In this document: positions 39,612 to 49,551 of the stretch, in pieces | How positions within the stretch are numbered: the stretch's first letter is position 1 | Layout: each line of letters begins with the position of its first letter | From: Promethearchaeota archaeon | GTDB taxonomy: Archaea; Asgardarchaeota; Lokiarchaeia; Sigyniarchaeales; SOKP01 | Reading direction: 5' to 3' | DNA: 64,000 nt | Assembly (NCBI GenBank): GCA_048939995.1 | Contig: JBHLOY010000005.1 | Coordinates: 64,001-128,000 of the forward strand | Made by a program: the position numbers and the translations under genes | Notes under the pieces: model-generated | What the model was told of the DNA's origin: nothing | Seen by the model: only the letters and a program-made list of their open reading frames with translations | The model's database searches: none

Positions 39612-40241
39612 TTGGTTGACTTTTTAATAATATTTGAAGAGCTTCAATATTATTCCAAAAATGATGTTGATAAAGGATCAATACCTGTAGAAATTTATAA
39701 ATTATGTTCCAGTATTAAGGAAACCTTTTGCCTTTCCTATTCTATTAGAAAGAACAATAATCTATATTTACTTTTTTATAACAATCAAATTTTAATTAAA
39801 CTTCAAGGAAATGAACTAAGATTTCTAGGACCAGATGAACGATCACAGGCAATCTTATTAAATAAAGCGATATATAAAACCAATGAAGTTAATAATGTTA
39901 ATAGGTGGAATAAATCAACTTCAGGAATATATATTAGAAAAATTGAAAGTCCACTTAAATTTCTATTTTTGTTTGAGTCATTAAGTTATAATAAAATCAT
40001 TATACTTAATGATTATATTAATAATGATATTTTGACAATTGAAGATTTAAAAAATTTAAGAAATCTAAATGATTATCTTTTTATTTTACCGAATTTTCAC
40101 AAAGGATCAAAAGTAGCCAACTTTTTGGACTTAGTTAAAAAAATCAATAATGTAAAATTTGTAATCCTTCCTAAAATCAAAAGCGATGCAAATAAAATAT
40201 TATATATTAATTTTATAATCGATCAACAGACTAAGTTTTAG
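39612..40241 (+). CDS. Divergent TrmY-like (SPOUT) protein
   Basis: FCLSYSIR, GNELRFLGPDERS, STSGIY match the TrmY N-half; C-terminal knot motifs poorly conserved. Confidence 0.65.
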   Translation: MVDFLIIFEELQYYSKNDVDKGSIPVEIYKLCSSIKETFCLSYSIRKNNNLYLLFYNNQILIKLQGNELRFLGPDERSQAILLNKAIYKTNEVNNVNRWNKSTSGIYIRKIESPLKFLFLFESLSYNKIIILNDYINNDILTIEDLKNLRNLNDYLFILPNFHKGSKVANFLDLVKKINNVKFVILPKIKSDANKILYINFIIDQQTKF

Positions 40242-40254
40242 ATATAGGTTAGAT

Positions 40255-41649
40255 ATGATATTAAAAAACGCCAAAATCTACATAGAGGGGGACCTAAAAG
40301 AAGGAAATCTTCTAATCCAAAATGAAATCATAGAAGTAATTTCTGTAGGAATAAATAAGAACAATTTAAATATAATTAGGCAAAAAAATAACGATGGTAT
40401 AGAAATAGATTGTGAAAAAAGATTAGTTTTACCAGGAATCATTGATATTCACGCTCATTTAAGAGATATGGGGCAAATCGAAAAGGAAACTTATCTAACA
40501 GGGACAAAAGCAGCAGCTTTTTCAGGAATCACAACTATTTTTAACATGCCTAACACTATTCCACCAGCTAATACATCAAACCGTGTAGATAAATGGATGA
40601 GAAAAGCTGAGAAAAATATCTTTGTTGATACTGCCTTTATAGCAGGCGTTCCTATTGGAATTGATGAAGAAGAAATAAAAAAAATTGTACAATTAGGAGT
40701 TATCGGTTTTAAAATTTATCCATTGAAATCTTTAAGCGGTATTAATTGGACGGATTCAGCTAATATTCAGAAAATTTTGCTCATTTCTTCGAGGTTTCAA
40801 ATTCCTATCTTTATTCACCCAGATTGGCCCTCTTCAAAAAGGCGAAAAGAAAGATTAATGGAGATGAATATACAAAGAGGAACTCCTCTTTTGCAAATTC
40901 ATAATTATATGCATCCATGCAGAAGAGAGCGGATGTTTATTAAACATGTTTTAGAGCATTACTTAGGAATTGTAAAACAGCATAACTTAACATCTGAAAT
41001 GTTTCCGATTGTTCACTTCTGTCACCTTAGTTGTAAAGAAAGTATTAAAGAAATGTTTCTAATCAACTTCAAATCGAATATATCCTTTGAGGTCACCCCT
41101 CACCATTTATTATTAAATTATGATATTGATTTGGACCTTCCAAGCCACGCTAAAGTTTTACCTCCTTTAAGAAATAAATCTAATTCAAAATATTTATTCA
41201 ATAAATTAAAAAAGGGGAGAATAAAATACATTGCAACAGATCATGCACCTCATACTATTGATGAAAAGTCTCTACCATTTTTTGAAGCCCCTTCTGGATT
41301 TCCTGGTTTTGAGACTTATACACTACTACTGTTGGATAAAGTCTTTCAAGATCAATTGGAATTGAAGACTTTCGTCCAAATAGCTTCGGAAAATCCTGCT
41401 AAAAAGTTCAATTTGAAAAAGAAGGGTTTTATTAAAGAGAATTATTATGCTGATCTACTTGTTGTAGAAAAAGTAGAAGATCACCCAATTGACCCTCAAA
41501 AATTCAAAACGAAAGCTAAATATACACCATTTGAAAACTCAAACTTTTCTGATCAATTAACCTCGGTAAAAATTTGGAAGGTTCTTTTAAGAGGTAAGGA
41601 AGTTAATATTGAAAATGGTGAACCAACTGGTAAAATAATTAGAATGTAA
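40255..41649 (+). CDS. pyrC: Dihydroorotase (amidohydrolase)
   Basis: DIHAHLR, MPNT, GFKIY, HFCHLS, EVTPHHL, TDHAPH. Confidence 0.88.
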   Translation: MILKNAKIYIEGDLKEGNLLIQNEIIEVISVGINKNNLNIIRQKNNDGIEIDCEKRLVLPGIIDIHAHLRDMGQIEKETYLTGTKAAAFSGITTIFNMPNTIPPANTSNRVDKWMRKAEKNIFVDTAFIAGVPIGIDEEEIKKIVQLGVIGFKIYPLKSLSGINWTDSANIQKILLISSRFQIPIFIHPDWPSSKRRKERLMEMNIQRGTPLLQIHNYMHPCRRERMFIKHVLEHYLGIVKQHNLTSEMFPIVHFCHLSCKESIKEMFLINFKSNISFEVTPHHLLLNYDIDLDLPSHAKVLPPLRNKSNSKYLFNKLKKGRIKYIATDHAPHTIDEKSLPFFEAPSGFPGFETYTLLLLDKVFQDQLELKTFVQIASENPAKKFNLKKKGFIKENYYADLLVVEKVEDHPIDPQKFKTKAKYTPFENSNFSDQLTSVKIWKVLLRGKEVNIENGEPTGKIIRM

Positions 41650-41708
41650 ACTATAAATGAATGTTGATTCTATTTATTATTATTAAGAATTTTTATTTAA
41701 AATAAGAT

Positions 41709-42347
41709 ATGTCAAACAACGAGATTTTTACTTTAGAGGACGGAAAAAGATTGATACAATTTGCAAGAGAAAATATAAACAATTATTTAAAAAATGATAA
41801 AAAGATACTTATTCCAGAAGAATTCAGAAATAAGTTCTCAGAAAATTATGGTGCTTTTGTGACATTAAATAGATATAACGTATCAGGTAATCCTTTAAGA
41901 GGGTGTATCGGTTATATCGAACCAACTTATCCACTATATGATGTAATTCATAAGGTTTCAATTAGCGCTGCTGTGGAAGATCCACGTTTTCCGTCTGTAG
42001 AAATTGAAGAAATGGATGAAATAGTTATAGAAATTTCTATTTTAACACCTCCAAAATTGATTAAAGTAAAGGATTCAAAGGAATATTTAGATAAGATCGA
42101 AATTGGAAGAGATGGTTTAATTATCGAAAAAGGAATGAGACGAGGGCTACTTTTACCTCAAGTTCCTATTGAGCATGGACGAAATTGGGATGTTGAAACT
42201 TTTTTAAAGCACACTTGTAATAAAGCATGGCTTTCAGATGATGCTTGGAAAGAAGAAAATACAAAAGTTTACTCCTTTCAAGCAATAATCTTTGAGGAAA
42301 AAACGCCAAATGGAGATGTGGAAAGAAAATATTTGAAAGCAACATGA
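41709..42347 (+). CDS. AMMECR1-domain protein
   Basis: GAFVTL, LRGCIG, EDPRF, GLLLPQV. Confidence 0.94.
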   Translation: MSNNEIFTLEDGKRLIQFARENINNYLKNDKKILIPEEFRNKFSENYGAFVTLNRYNVSGNPLRGCIGYIEPTYPLYDVIHKVSISAAVEDPRFPSVEIEEMDEIVIEISILTPPKLIKVKDSKEYLDKIEIGRDGLIIEKGMRRGLLLPQVPIEHGRNWDVETFLKHTCNKAWLSDDAWKEENTKVYSFQAIIFEEKTPNGDVERKYLKAT

Positions 42348-42376
42348 GTCTACTAAAGGGGGTTTAAGTAGAAGTT

Positions 42377-43879
42377 ATGGAAAATGTAATTTTAACTATC
42401 GATATTTCTTCAAATTCAGTTAAAGTTGGTCTTGTGTCTGAATTTTTAACTCTTAAATCACTTACTAATCAGAAATTTAAAGTAGTTGACGAGGATATCG
42501 ACGGACTTGCTAGAAGATTTAATATGGATGAGTTATGGAATGAAGTTTTAACTGGAATTGAATCAACATTATATAAACATAAATCAAAGGAATTTAACAT
42601 TATTGGAGTCTCCTCTTGTGCTCAAAGGATTGCCACAGTTTTCATTGATAGAAAAGGAGATGAAATCTATGGAGGCCCAAATACAGACGTTCGAGGAATA
42701 GATACAGAATACATCATTGAAGATAAATTTTCAGATGAAGAAATCTTTGAAATAACAGGACACAGCCCATCATTGCTATTTTGCCTAGCACGTTTATTGT
42801 GGTTTCGAGAAGAAGATGAAAATAATTACAACAGAATTAATAAGGTTTTAATGTTAGATGATTGGTTAATATACCGGCTTTCAGGAGTTTTTTGCACTGA
42901 TTTATCATCGTCTTCAGAATCTCAACTAATAGATATCAGGAAAAGTGAATGGAGTACGGAAATTATCCAGACTTTTGATTTTAACCCCGACTTTTTTCCT
43001 AAAATTGTGGATTCTGGCTCAATAATAGGTGAATTAAAACCAGAATTAAAAAAAAGATTTAATTTAGAGACAGAAATCCCAATTATTAAAACTGGGGGAG
43101 ATACACAAGCATCATTATTAGGTATGGGAGCTATTAAGGAGGGAGATATTGGAATTAGCTTAGGTACAACATCGCCCCTAGATTTAGTTATAAATCAACC
43201 AATAATAGACCAGGATCATAATTTATGGACTTCCTGTCATGTATTAAAAAATAAATGGTTAATTGAGGCTAATGCAGGGAATACAGGAACTGCCTACGAT
43301 TGGTTTAAAGATTCCTTTCTAAAAGAAAAAGTAGACAATGTAGATAATTTATTCGAATCCTATTTGAAAGATACAGAACCGGGGGACTTCTCAATATTTT
43401 CATATTTAGGGCCAGAAAAAATGAATATTAAAAATCAAACTTCAATAAAGAGAGGTATTTTTATTTTTCCACCTCCAATGATGATTTCTGAGAAACATCC
43501 TCATATTGAGCATTTTGCAAGAAGTATAATCGAAAATATTGCTTTTGGTATCTATGAAAATCATCAAGTTTTACAAAAATTCATAGATTTTAAGACGAAT
43601 ACATATTGTGCTGGAGGAATGGCTAAATCAAATGAATTCTGTAAAATTTTAGCAAATGTATTAAACACAGAAATAAAAACACCTAATTTTGAGGAATCTT
43701 CAGCTATAGGTATAGCATTAAATGTCCTAAAAACTCTGAAATATACACCTAATTTTAAAACAATTATCAATAACCTTGTAAAATTTAAAAGTTATTATCC
43801 AGTTTCTCCAATCGTAGATAAATATAAGAAGATTTATAATAAATGGAAGGCTTTTAAACAAAAAATTGACGATTTATGA
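42377..43879 (+). CDS. FGGY-family carbohydrate kinase (divergent)
   Basis: IDISSNSVK, CAQR, GGDTQAS, LGTT, AGGMA. Confidence 0.85.
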   Translation: MENVILTIDISSNSVKVGLVSEFLTLKSLTNQKFKVVDEDIDGLARRFNMDELWNEVLTGIESTLYKHKSKEFNIIGVSSCAQRIATVFIDRKGDEIYGGPNTDVRGIDTEYIIEDKFSDEEIFEITGHSPSLLFCLARLLWFREEDENNYNRINKVLMLDDWLIYRLSGVFCTDLSSSSESQLIDIRKSEWSTEIIQTFDFNPDFFPKIVDSGSIIGELKPELKKRFNLETEIPIIKTGGDTQASLLGMGAIKEGDIGISLGTTSPLDLVINQPIIDQDHNLWTSCHVLKNKWLIEANAGNTGTAYDWFKDSFLKEKVDNVDNLFESYLKDTEPGDFSIFSYLGPEKMNIKNQTSIKRGIFIFPPPMMISEKHPHIEHFARSIIENIAFGIYENHQVLQKFIDFKTNTYCAGGMAKSNEFCKILANVLNTEIKTPNFEESSAIGIALNVLKTLKYTPNFKTIINNLVKFKSYYPVSPIVDKYKKIYNKWKAFKQKIDDL

Positions 43880-43916
43880 GTTTAATTTTTATCAAATAAA
43901 AATTTAAGTGATTTAA

Positions 43917-44267
43917 GTGTCAGAATTTACAAATATAGAGTCTTGTTTAAGAGAAATTGAAAATCGTTATGTTAATACAGAAAAAGTAAGGAAAAAGTTG
44001 GTTAATTTCAGTGAACCTATTCAAATAAAGTTTTTAGATACTAGCAGATTTGTGTTAATTCTTATAAACAAAGATCTAGGGATTGAAATTAAGGATCACT
44101 CTAAAGATGATAGTGCAACAGTAAAGATTGAATTTTCTGCTGAACAGGATATGTTAGATTTATTTAATAAAGAGCTAGGTGCTGTTAAGGCTTATTCTAG
44201 TGGAAAAATAAAAATTATGGAAGGAAATATACGAAATTTAATGAAACTCAAGAGTTTAATGTTCTAA
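43917..44267 (+). CDS. SCP2 sterol/lipid-carrier domain protein
   Basis: C-terminal ELGAVKAYSSGKIKIMEGN..LMKL signature. Confidence 0.75.
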   Translation: MSEFTNIESCLREIENRYVNTEKVRKKLVNFSEPIQIKFLDTSRFVLILINKDLGIEIKDHSKDDSATVKIEFSAEQDMLDLFNKELGAVKAYSSGKIKIMEGNIRNLMKLKSLMF

Positions 44268-44291
44268 TTTTTATATAAAGGAGGCTATAAA

Positions 44292-45968
44292 ATGAAGGCA
44301 TTAATTACAGCAGAGATTTCTAATGATGTACTAGAAAAGCTCAAAAATGTTATCGAGATCACCTATGAAAGTTGGAGAAATACAGGAATTATTTATTTTG
44401 ACGTTAAGGAATTAGTAAAAAAGTTAAAGGGATATGATATATTTATAACATCCGCGGATGATTTAAAAAATGCAGAAATATTCGATCAATCAAATCTCAA
44501 ATTAATCATCTCCTGTCGAGGAGACCCCTTTAATATTAATTTAGAGGCAGCCACGCGAAATAAAATCCCTATCATTTTCACTCCCCTTAGAAATGTTGAT
44601 GCTGTAGCTGAACTTACAGTAGGGTTAATGATCTCTTTGGCTCGAAAATTAATACCAATAGATAAATTCCTACATTCCAAGGATTTTGAGGTAATTGATT
44701 TTGATGATTGGATTCAGCTCTACAATAATTATCTTGGAATCGAATTATTAGATAAAACAGTGGGTATTATTGGGTTCGGTCAAATTGGTCGAAGGGTAGC
44801 CCAAAGATTAAAAGCGTTTGGGGTTAAATTTCAAATTTATGATCCATATTTGCCAGATGAAATGTTAGAAGAGTATGGGAAGAAAGCTAGTATTGATAAC
44901 CTGATGAAAGAAGCTGATTTTATTACTATTCACGCTGCTGCAACAAAGGAAAATGATAATCTAATAAATGAAGAACGTATTCATTTAATGAAAAGTACTG
45001 CTTATATTCTTAATCTAGCCAAAGGTAGTCTTGTAGATTATGAGGCTTTACTTTTTGCTTTGAAAAACAAACAGATTGCAGGAGCTGCTCTGGACGTGTT
45101 CCCATTGGAGCCTATTGATGAAGATAATGAATTTTTGGTATTAGATAACGTGATTGTAACTCCCCATATAGGAGGAAATACTAAGGAAGTCATAACTCGC
45201 CAGTCATTAATGCTTTTTGAAGATCTTAAAGCTTGGTTAAATAATAAGAAACCTGTAAATATCCTAAATCCTGAAGTTTTTTCTGAAACTGAATATAAAT
45301 TAGATAAAATTGATATCAAAATAATTAAAGAAGAAATTGTAGCTATTTGTAAAAAATTGTTAAATGATGGACATGTAATAGGTTCTGCTGGTAATGTGAG
45401 TGTAAGAGTGAAATTAAATGATGAAGATCTAGTTTTAATAACTCCAAGTAATGTAGCATATGAAGAAATGAAACCTGATGATATATTAATTATAGATATG
45501 GAAGGTAAGGTTAGAGAAGGAAAGCGAAACCCCTCGGTAGAAAAGAGAATGCATTTAGATATTTATAAAGAAAGAGATGAAATTAATGCTATAATTCATG
45601 CTCATAGTATATATTCTACTGTTTTAAGTACTTTAAATCTCTCATTACCACCAGTTATAGAGGAGTTAGTGCCATACATAGGTGGAGAAGTCTTATGTGC
45701 TAAATATGAAGAAGCAGGTACTGTTGAACTAGCAGAAGAAGTTATTGAAGCCTTAGGAGAAAAAAATGCGGTATTACTTTCAAATCATGGAAATATTTGT
45801 TGCGGAAGCCATTTGGAAGGTGCTTATACCGTATTGCAATATTTAGAAAGAGGATCAAAAATCTATTATCATGCAAAATTAATTAAGGATCCTAATCTAT
45901 TACCTGAAGATACTGTTGATTATGAGAAAGATATATTTGAAATATTTAAAGAATCTAAGAAAATTTAA
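44292..45968 (+). CDS. D-2-hydroxyacid dehydrogenase fused to class II aldolase/decarboxylase
   Basis: N-part AVAEL, GFGQIG, LDVF..EP, TPHIGG; C-part GNVS, TPS, PSVE, HAH, NHG. Confidence 0.9.
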   Translation: MKALITAEISNDVLEKLKNVIEITYESWRNTGIIYFDVKELVKKLKGYDIFITSADDLKNAEIFDQSNLKLIISCRGDPFNINLEAATRNKIPIIFTPLRNVDAVAELTVGLMISLARKLIPIDKFLHSKDFEVIDFDDWIQLYNNYLGIELLDKTVGIIGFGQIGRRVAQRLKAFGVKFQIYDPYLPDEMLEEYGKKASIDNLMKEADFITIHAAATKENDNLINEERIHLMKSTAYILNLAKGSLVDYEALLFALKNKQIAGAALDVFPLEPIDEDNEFLVLDNVIVTPHIGGNTKEVITRQSLMLFEDLKAWLNNKKPVNILNPEVFSETEYKLDKIDIKIIKEEIVAICKKLLNDGHVIGSAGNVSVRVKLNDEDLVLITPSNVAYEEMKPDDILIIDMEGKVREGKRNPSVEKRMHLDIYKERDEINAIIHAHSIYSTVLSTLNLSLPPVIEELVPYIGGEVLCAKYEEAGTVELAEEVIEALGEKNAVLLSNHGNICCGSHLEGAYTVLQYLERGSKIYYHAKLIKDPNLLPEDTVDYEKDIFEIFKESKKI

Positions 45969-46166
45969 GTTAGTAACACGTTCAAAAGCTACAATATAAT
46001 CTTAAAATTAATATATGAAATTCTTAAAAAAGTTATTAAATTTATTAAGTTTTGTCGTATAATTTAATCTAAATATTATACTATTAATTCTATAAGAGAT
46101 TTATAACTACTATATTTCCACTTCTTATTCCATTTAGAGGGAATCTAGACAAAACAAGCAAGATAT

Positions 46167-48209
46167 TTGGTGATAATATTGTCTCAATTAAGGGGCGTCA
46201 TTGTTCCATCCATCACGTTCTATAATAAAGAATATGAAGTAGATAAAGAATTACATGCACTGTTAAATCGCCATCTTCTTGTCAATGGGGCAGATTCACT
46301 ATACTTATTTGGAGTCACTGGTGAGGGAACACTATTCTCACATAATCAAGTTGAAAAAGCTAAACTTATTAATTTCACAATAGAGAGTATTGGGAAAAAC
46401 GTTCCAATAATGGTAGGAGTACTGGGAAATGAAGTGGAAGAAATAGTTAAGGAACTCAACGATTTAGGCAAAAAATTTAATGAAATTAACTTTGTATTAG
46501 CACCACCTTATAAAGAAAAGATAAATGAATTACAATCACATTTCACACAAATATTTGATTCATTAAGTATTAGAAATAGTATTTTTTTATGCAATAATCC
46601 CTTGGAATTTGCAGGAAATGAAATTACTCCAAAAATTGTAGGCGAACTAATGGATCTTAGGCAAATATCGGGTATAATTGATTCATTTGATAATATAAAT
46701 TATTGTAGATCATATATTCAAATGTTAAATGAAGAATTTTCTTTTTGTTGTGGAAAAGAGGAAAATTTTCAGAAATTTCTCCAGCTAATACCTCTAAATT
46801 TACGGAAGTTTTGTGGTTTAGTCCCCAACATTAGCAATTTAGTAAATATATGCTCAAAATTATATTATTGTGCAGTTGAAGACAAAATTTTAGATCTCTA
46901 TCAGTTACAAGACCAAATAAATGATGTTGGGAAAAATATTTACGATTTTAAAATCGAGAAGGGAAAAGTTCAAAGAGGTTTGAAATATTCTTTTTTATAT
47001 CTCTACAGAGATATTATTCAAAACTATATTGAAATCTACAATAATATAACTCCTGAAATCCAAAGAGAATTAGATGAAATCACTAAAGTAAGGATACAGG
47101 CAACCATTAGTTCCTTATTAAACCAGAAATTTATTTACCAATTATATTCTCTTGGTAAAGAAGAAATTTATCAATTAGATGATATTATCAAAAGATTTTC
47201 CAATATAGATGTTTTAAGTAAACAAGGTAAAATTAAAAAAATTAAAGGTCCATTTCAAGCAAAAATAAATACTATTTACCGAGTGAATTTTGAAAATAAT
47301 CAATTGATTTTCAGATTTCGAACTTTAAAATCTTCTAAAAGTGAAAAATTGATAAAAGAAAAACTGTTATTTCCTTTTTTAGATAATTCATTAAATCCAA
47401 ACTTAGCAAACTTTAGGGAGAAAGTGAAAGAAATAATCGCAATTAAAAAAGGAGAATATATTTTCGATAATGATAATCCTCCTATAATACCTGTGGCTGA
47501 TTTAGTCTACTATGACGAAACCAAAGAGGCAATTCCATACTTATTTTCAATTTATAATTATCTTCATGGAAAGTCTTTAAAACGTTTGTATGAAAAATAT
47601 CGAGATGAGAATTTCAGTTTTAATAAATCGAAATTCCTTAATTTATTTACTGAGATTGGAGAGCTCTTAGGAAGATTACATAGTATAACTTTCAATTCAT
47701 TTTATAATGATATTTATGAACTGGGAAAAGAAGGAAAAGAGAATTACATAGAGTATTTTTCTTCAGATTTAGAAAATCAAATTCAATACAATTCTGCTCA
47801 AGAAAAGGAAATAATGAATTTTGTAAAGGATAATGTATCATTACTAGAAGAAGATAGCCCCATTTTAATTCATAATGACTTTCAATGGACTAATATTATT
47901 ATTAAAGATGATCCCGGGAAATTCCAATTAAGTGGAATAATTGATTTTGATGACTGGGCCGTTGGGGTAAGAGCACAAGATTTTATGCTAATGGAAAATA
48001 TAACCCTTAAAGTTATTAATAATATTGAGATAAAAAACAAATTTTATGAAGGTTATCAGAAATATCATAAAATTAATAATGATTTTTACAAAAAAATTGA
48101 ATTATTTTCCATTTTGTACTACTTAAAAGAATATAATATCGCGAAACAACAACAATTAAATACAAATTTATATTTAGAGAAAATTCAGCAAATTTTAGAT
48201 AAAAATTAG
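46167..48209 (+). CDS. DapA-like TIM barrel (catalytic Lys absent) fused to APH/choline-kinase-like phosphotransferase
   Basis: GVIVPSITF, GVTGEG, PIMVG, APPY, FLCNNP, SGIIDS; C-part LGRLH, HNDFQWTN, IIDFD. Confidence 0.8.
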   Translation: MVIILSQLRGVIVPSITFYNKEYEVDKELHALLNRHLLVNGADSLYLFGVTGEGTLFSHNQVEKAKLINFTIESIGKNVPIMVGVLGNEVEEIVKELNDLGKKFNEINFVLAPPYKEKINELQSHFTQIFDSLSIRNSIFLCNNPLEFAGNEITPKIVGELMDLRQISGIIDSFDNINYCRSYIQMLNEEFSFCCGKEENFQKFLQLIPLNLRKFCGLVPNISNLVNICSKLYYCAVEDKILDLYQLQDQINDVGKNIYDFKIEKGKVQRGLKYSFLYLYRDIIQNYIEIYNNITPEIQRELDEITKVRIQATISSLLNQKFIYQLYSLGKEEIYQLDDIIKRFSNIDVLSKQGKIKKIKGPFQAKINTIYRVNFENNQLIFRFRTLKSSKSEKLIKEKLLFPFLDNSLNPNLANFREKVKEIIAIKKGEYIFDNDNPPIIPVADLVYYDETKEAIPYLFSIYNYLHGKSLKRLYEKYRDENFSFNKSKFLNLFTEIGELLGRLHSITFNSFYNDIYELGKEGKENYIEYFSSDLENQIQYNSAQEKEIMNFVKDNVSLLEEDSPILIHNDFQWTNIIIKDDPGKFQLSGIIDFDDWAVGVRAQDFMLMENITLKVINNIEIKNKFYEGYQKYHKINNDFYKKIELFSILYYLKEYNIAKQQQLNTNLYLEKIQQILDKN

Positions 48210-48214
48210 AAATT

Positions 48215-48628
48215 CTACCAAAATGCATTCTGAAATTTTTTTATTGTATCTTCTAAACTCTCTTCAATCTCTTCTTCAAAATTAGAAAATTTTGTACTTT
48301 CTCCATCCCAATTATTAATATCCTCATCAGAACAAATTTCAAGAAACTTATCAGCAATTTTATTTAATTCTTCTGATACTTTCTTCTCATTTGCTTTTTT
48401 TGATGATTTAGCAATGAACAATAAGCCTCTTTTCTTGAAAAGTGTAAACTTTACGTTCTCTATCTCAAAATTTGACAGTCCATCATCAACTATTTCTTCA
48501 GCAAACGAAGTTAATGCACTCATTAAAGCTCCTAAGAGTTGTTCATCAATAGTTTCATCATAAATCCGATGATATAACACAATTCCTCCTTCAGATAATA
48601 TCCAGATATCTTGTAAAACTTTGGTCAT
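48215..48628 (-). CDS. Longin-like domain protein
   Basis: IWILSEGGIVLY..QLLGALMSALTSFAEE..LLFI..LNKIADKF..WDG..F, a pattern typical of Asgard longin-like proteins. Confidence 0.7.
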   Translation of the reverse strand: MTKVLQDIWILSEGGIVLYHRIYDETIDEQLLGALMSALTSFAEEIVDDGLSNFEIENVKFTLFKKRGLLFIAKSSKKANEKKVSEELNKIADKFLEICSDEDINNWDGESTKFSNFEEEIEESLEDTIKKFQNAFW

Positions 48629-48682
48629 AAATCTCTTCAAGAATTTCTATATTAAATTAATAAAAAAAATATTAATAAATAT

Positions 48683-49435
48683 TTATTTACTTTTAGGGCG
48701 TATATATCCAAAATATGCACCAATAATTCCACAGATTACAAATATCCATCCTAAATAATAAAAAACAGAGAAAGAGAATTCTTCTCCACCAATTAAAATC
48801 ATTAATCGGTCGAATAAGAAATTTAAAGGCACTAATATAAAGAATATAGACATTAGAGCTAACGCTAAGAATGCATTTTTAAAAATCCTTTCCTCTGTTA
48901 ATCTATAGGATTGATAAGATCTCCAAAGAAATGGAAAATATATATATGTCATAAAAAGAAATACAAAAAAGAATGCAATCACGTCTAGTAAAGTATTACC
49001 TCTCTAATGCACTATAAAGGAGTATCCCCCAGTAATAATCCCTAAGATCACTACAAGATACTTTTGGACTTTATTATAGCCCTTTCCAAATACATTTACC
49101 TTAAGTATATATGATATAAAGATGGCAATAGTTAGAAATAAGAAGCTAATTCTGAAATCAATAATCCTTAATACAATCCAAGATATTGGGGTTCCAGGAT
49201 CTGGAGCTAACTCATTATAAATATATTCTTCACCAGAATATAACACTAAGATTTTTGAAAGCCATGAGAATATTATTGCAATAACATAATTTAAGAAGAT
49301 CAAAAAAAGGTAAAGAGTTAATCGGTGTTTTTTTTGGTAATATTTAATTAGTATTAGTATCAATAAGAAGGCAGCCACAACAATTATAAATGATTCAAAA
49401 ACCATTCCTACGAATTGTTTATCGACAAAAATCAT
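48683..49435 (-). pseudogene. 7-TM membrane protein gene interrupted by one in-frame TAG (49004-49006): nonsense allele or read-through
   Basis: ORFs 49004-49435 and 48683-48982 are in the same frame: ..SFIVH-TAG-RGNTLLDVIAFF..; joined product has 7 hydrophobic segments. Confidence 0.75.
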
Positions 49436-49551
49436 AAAAATATGATTAAAATAAGGATATTTATATTTTCAGTTTTGAAAAGTTATTTGAAAGATTGATA
49501 AAAGTTCATACATTGATAAATTCATAAATATAAACTACTTTTGACAAAATT

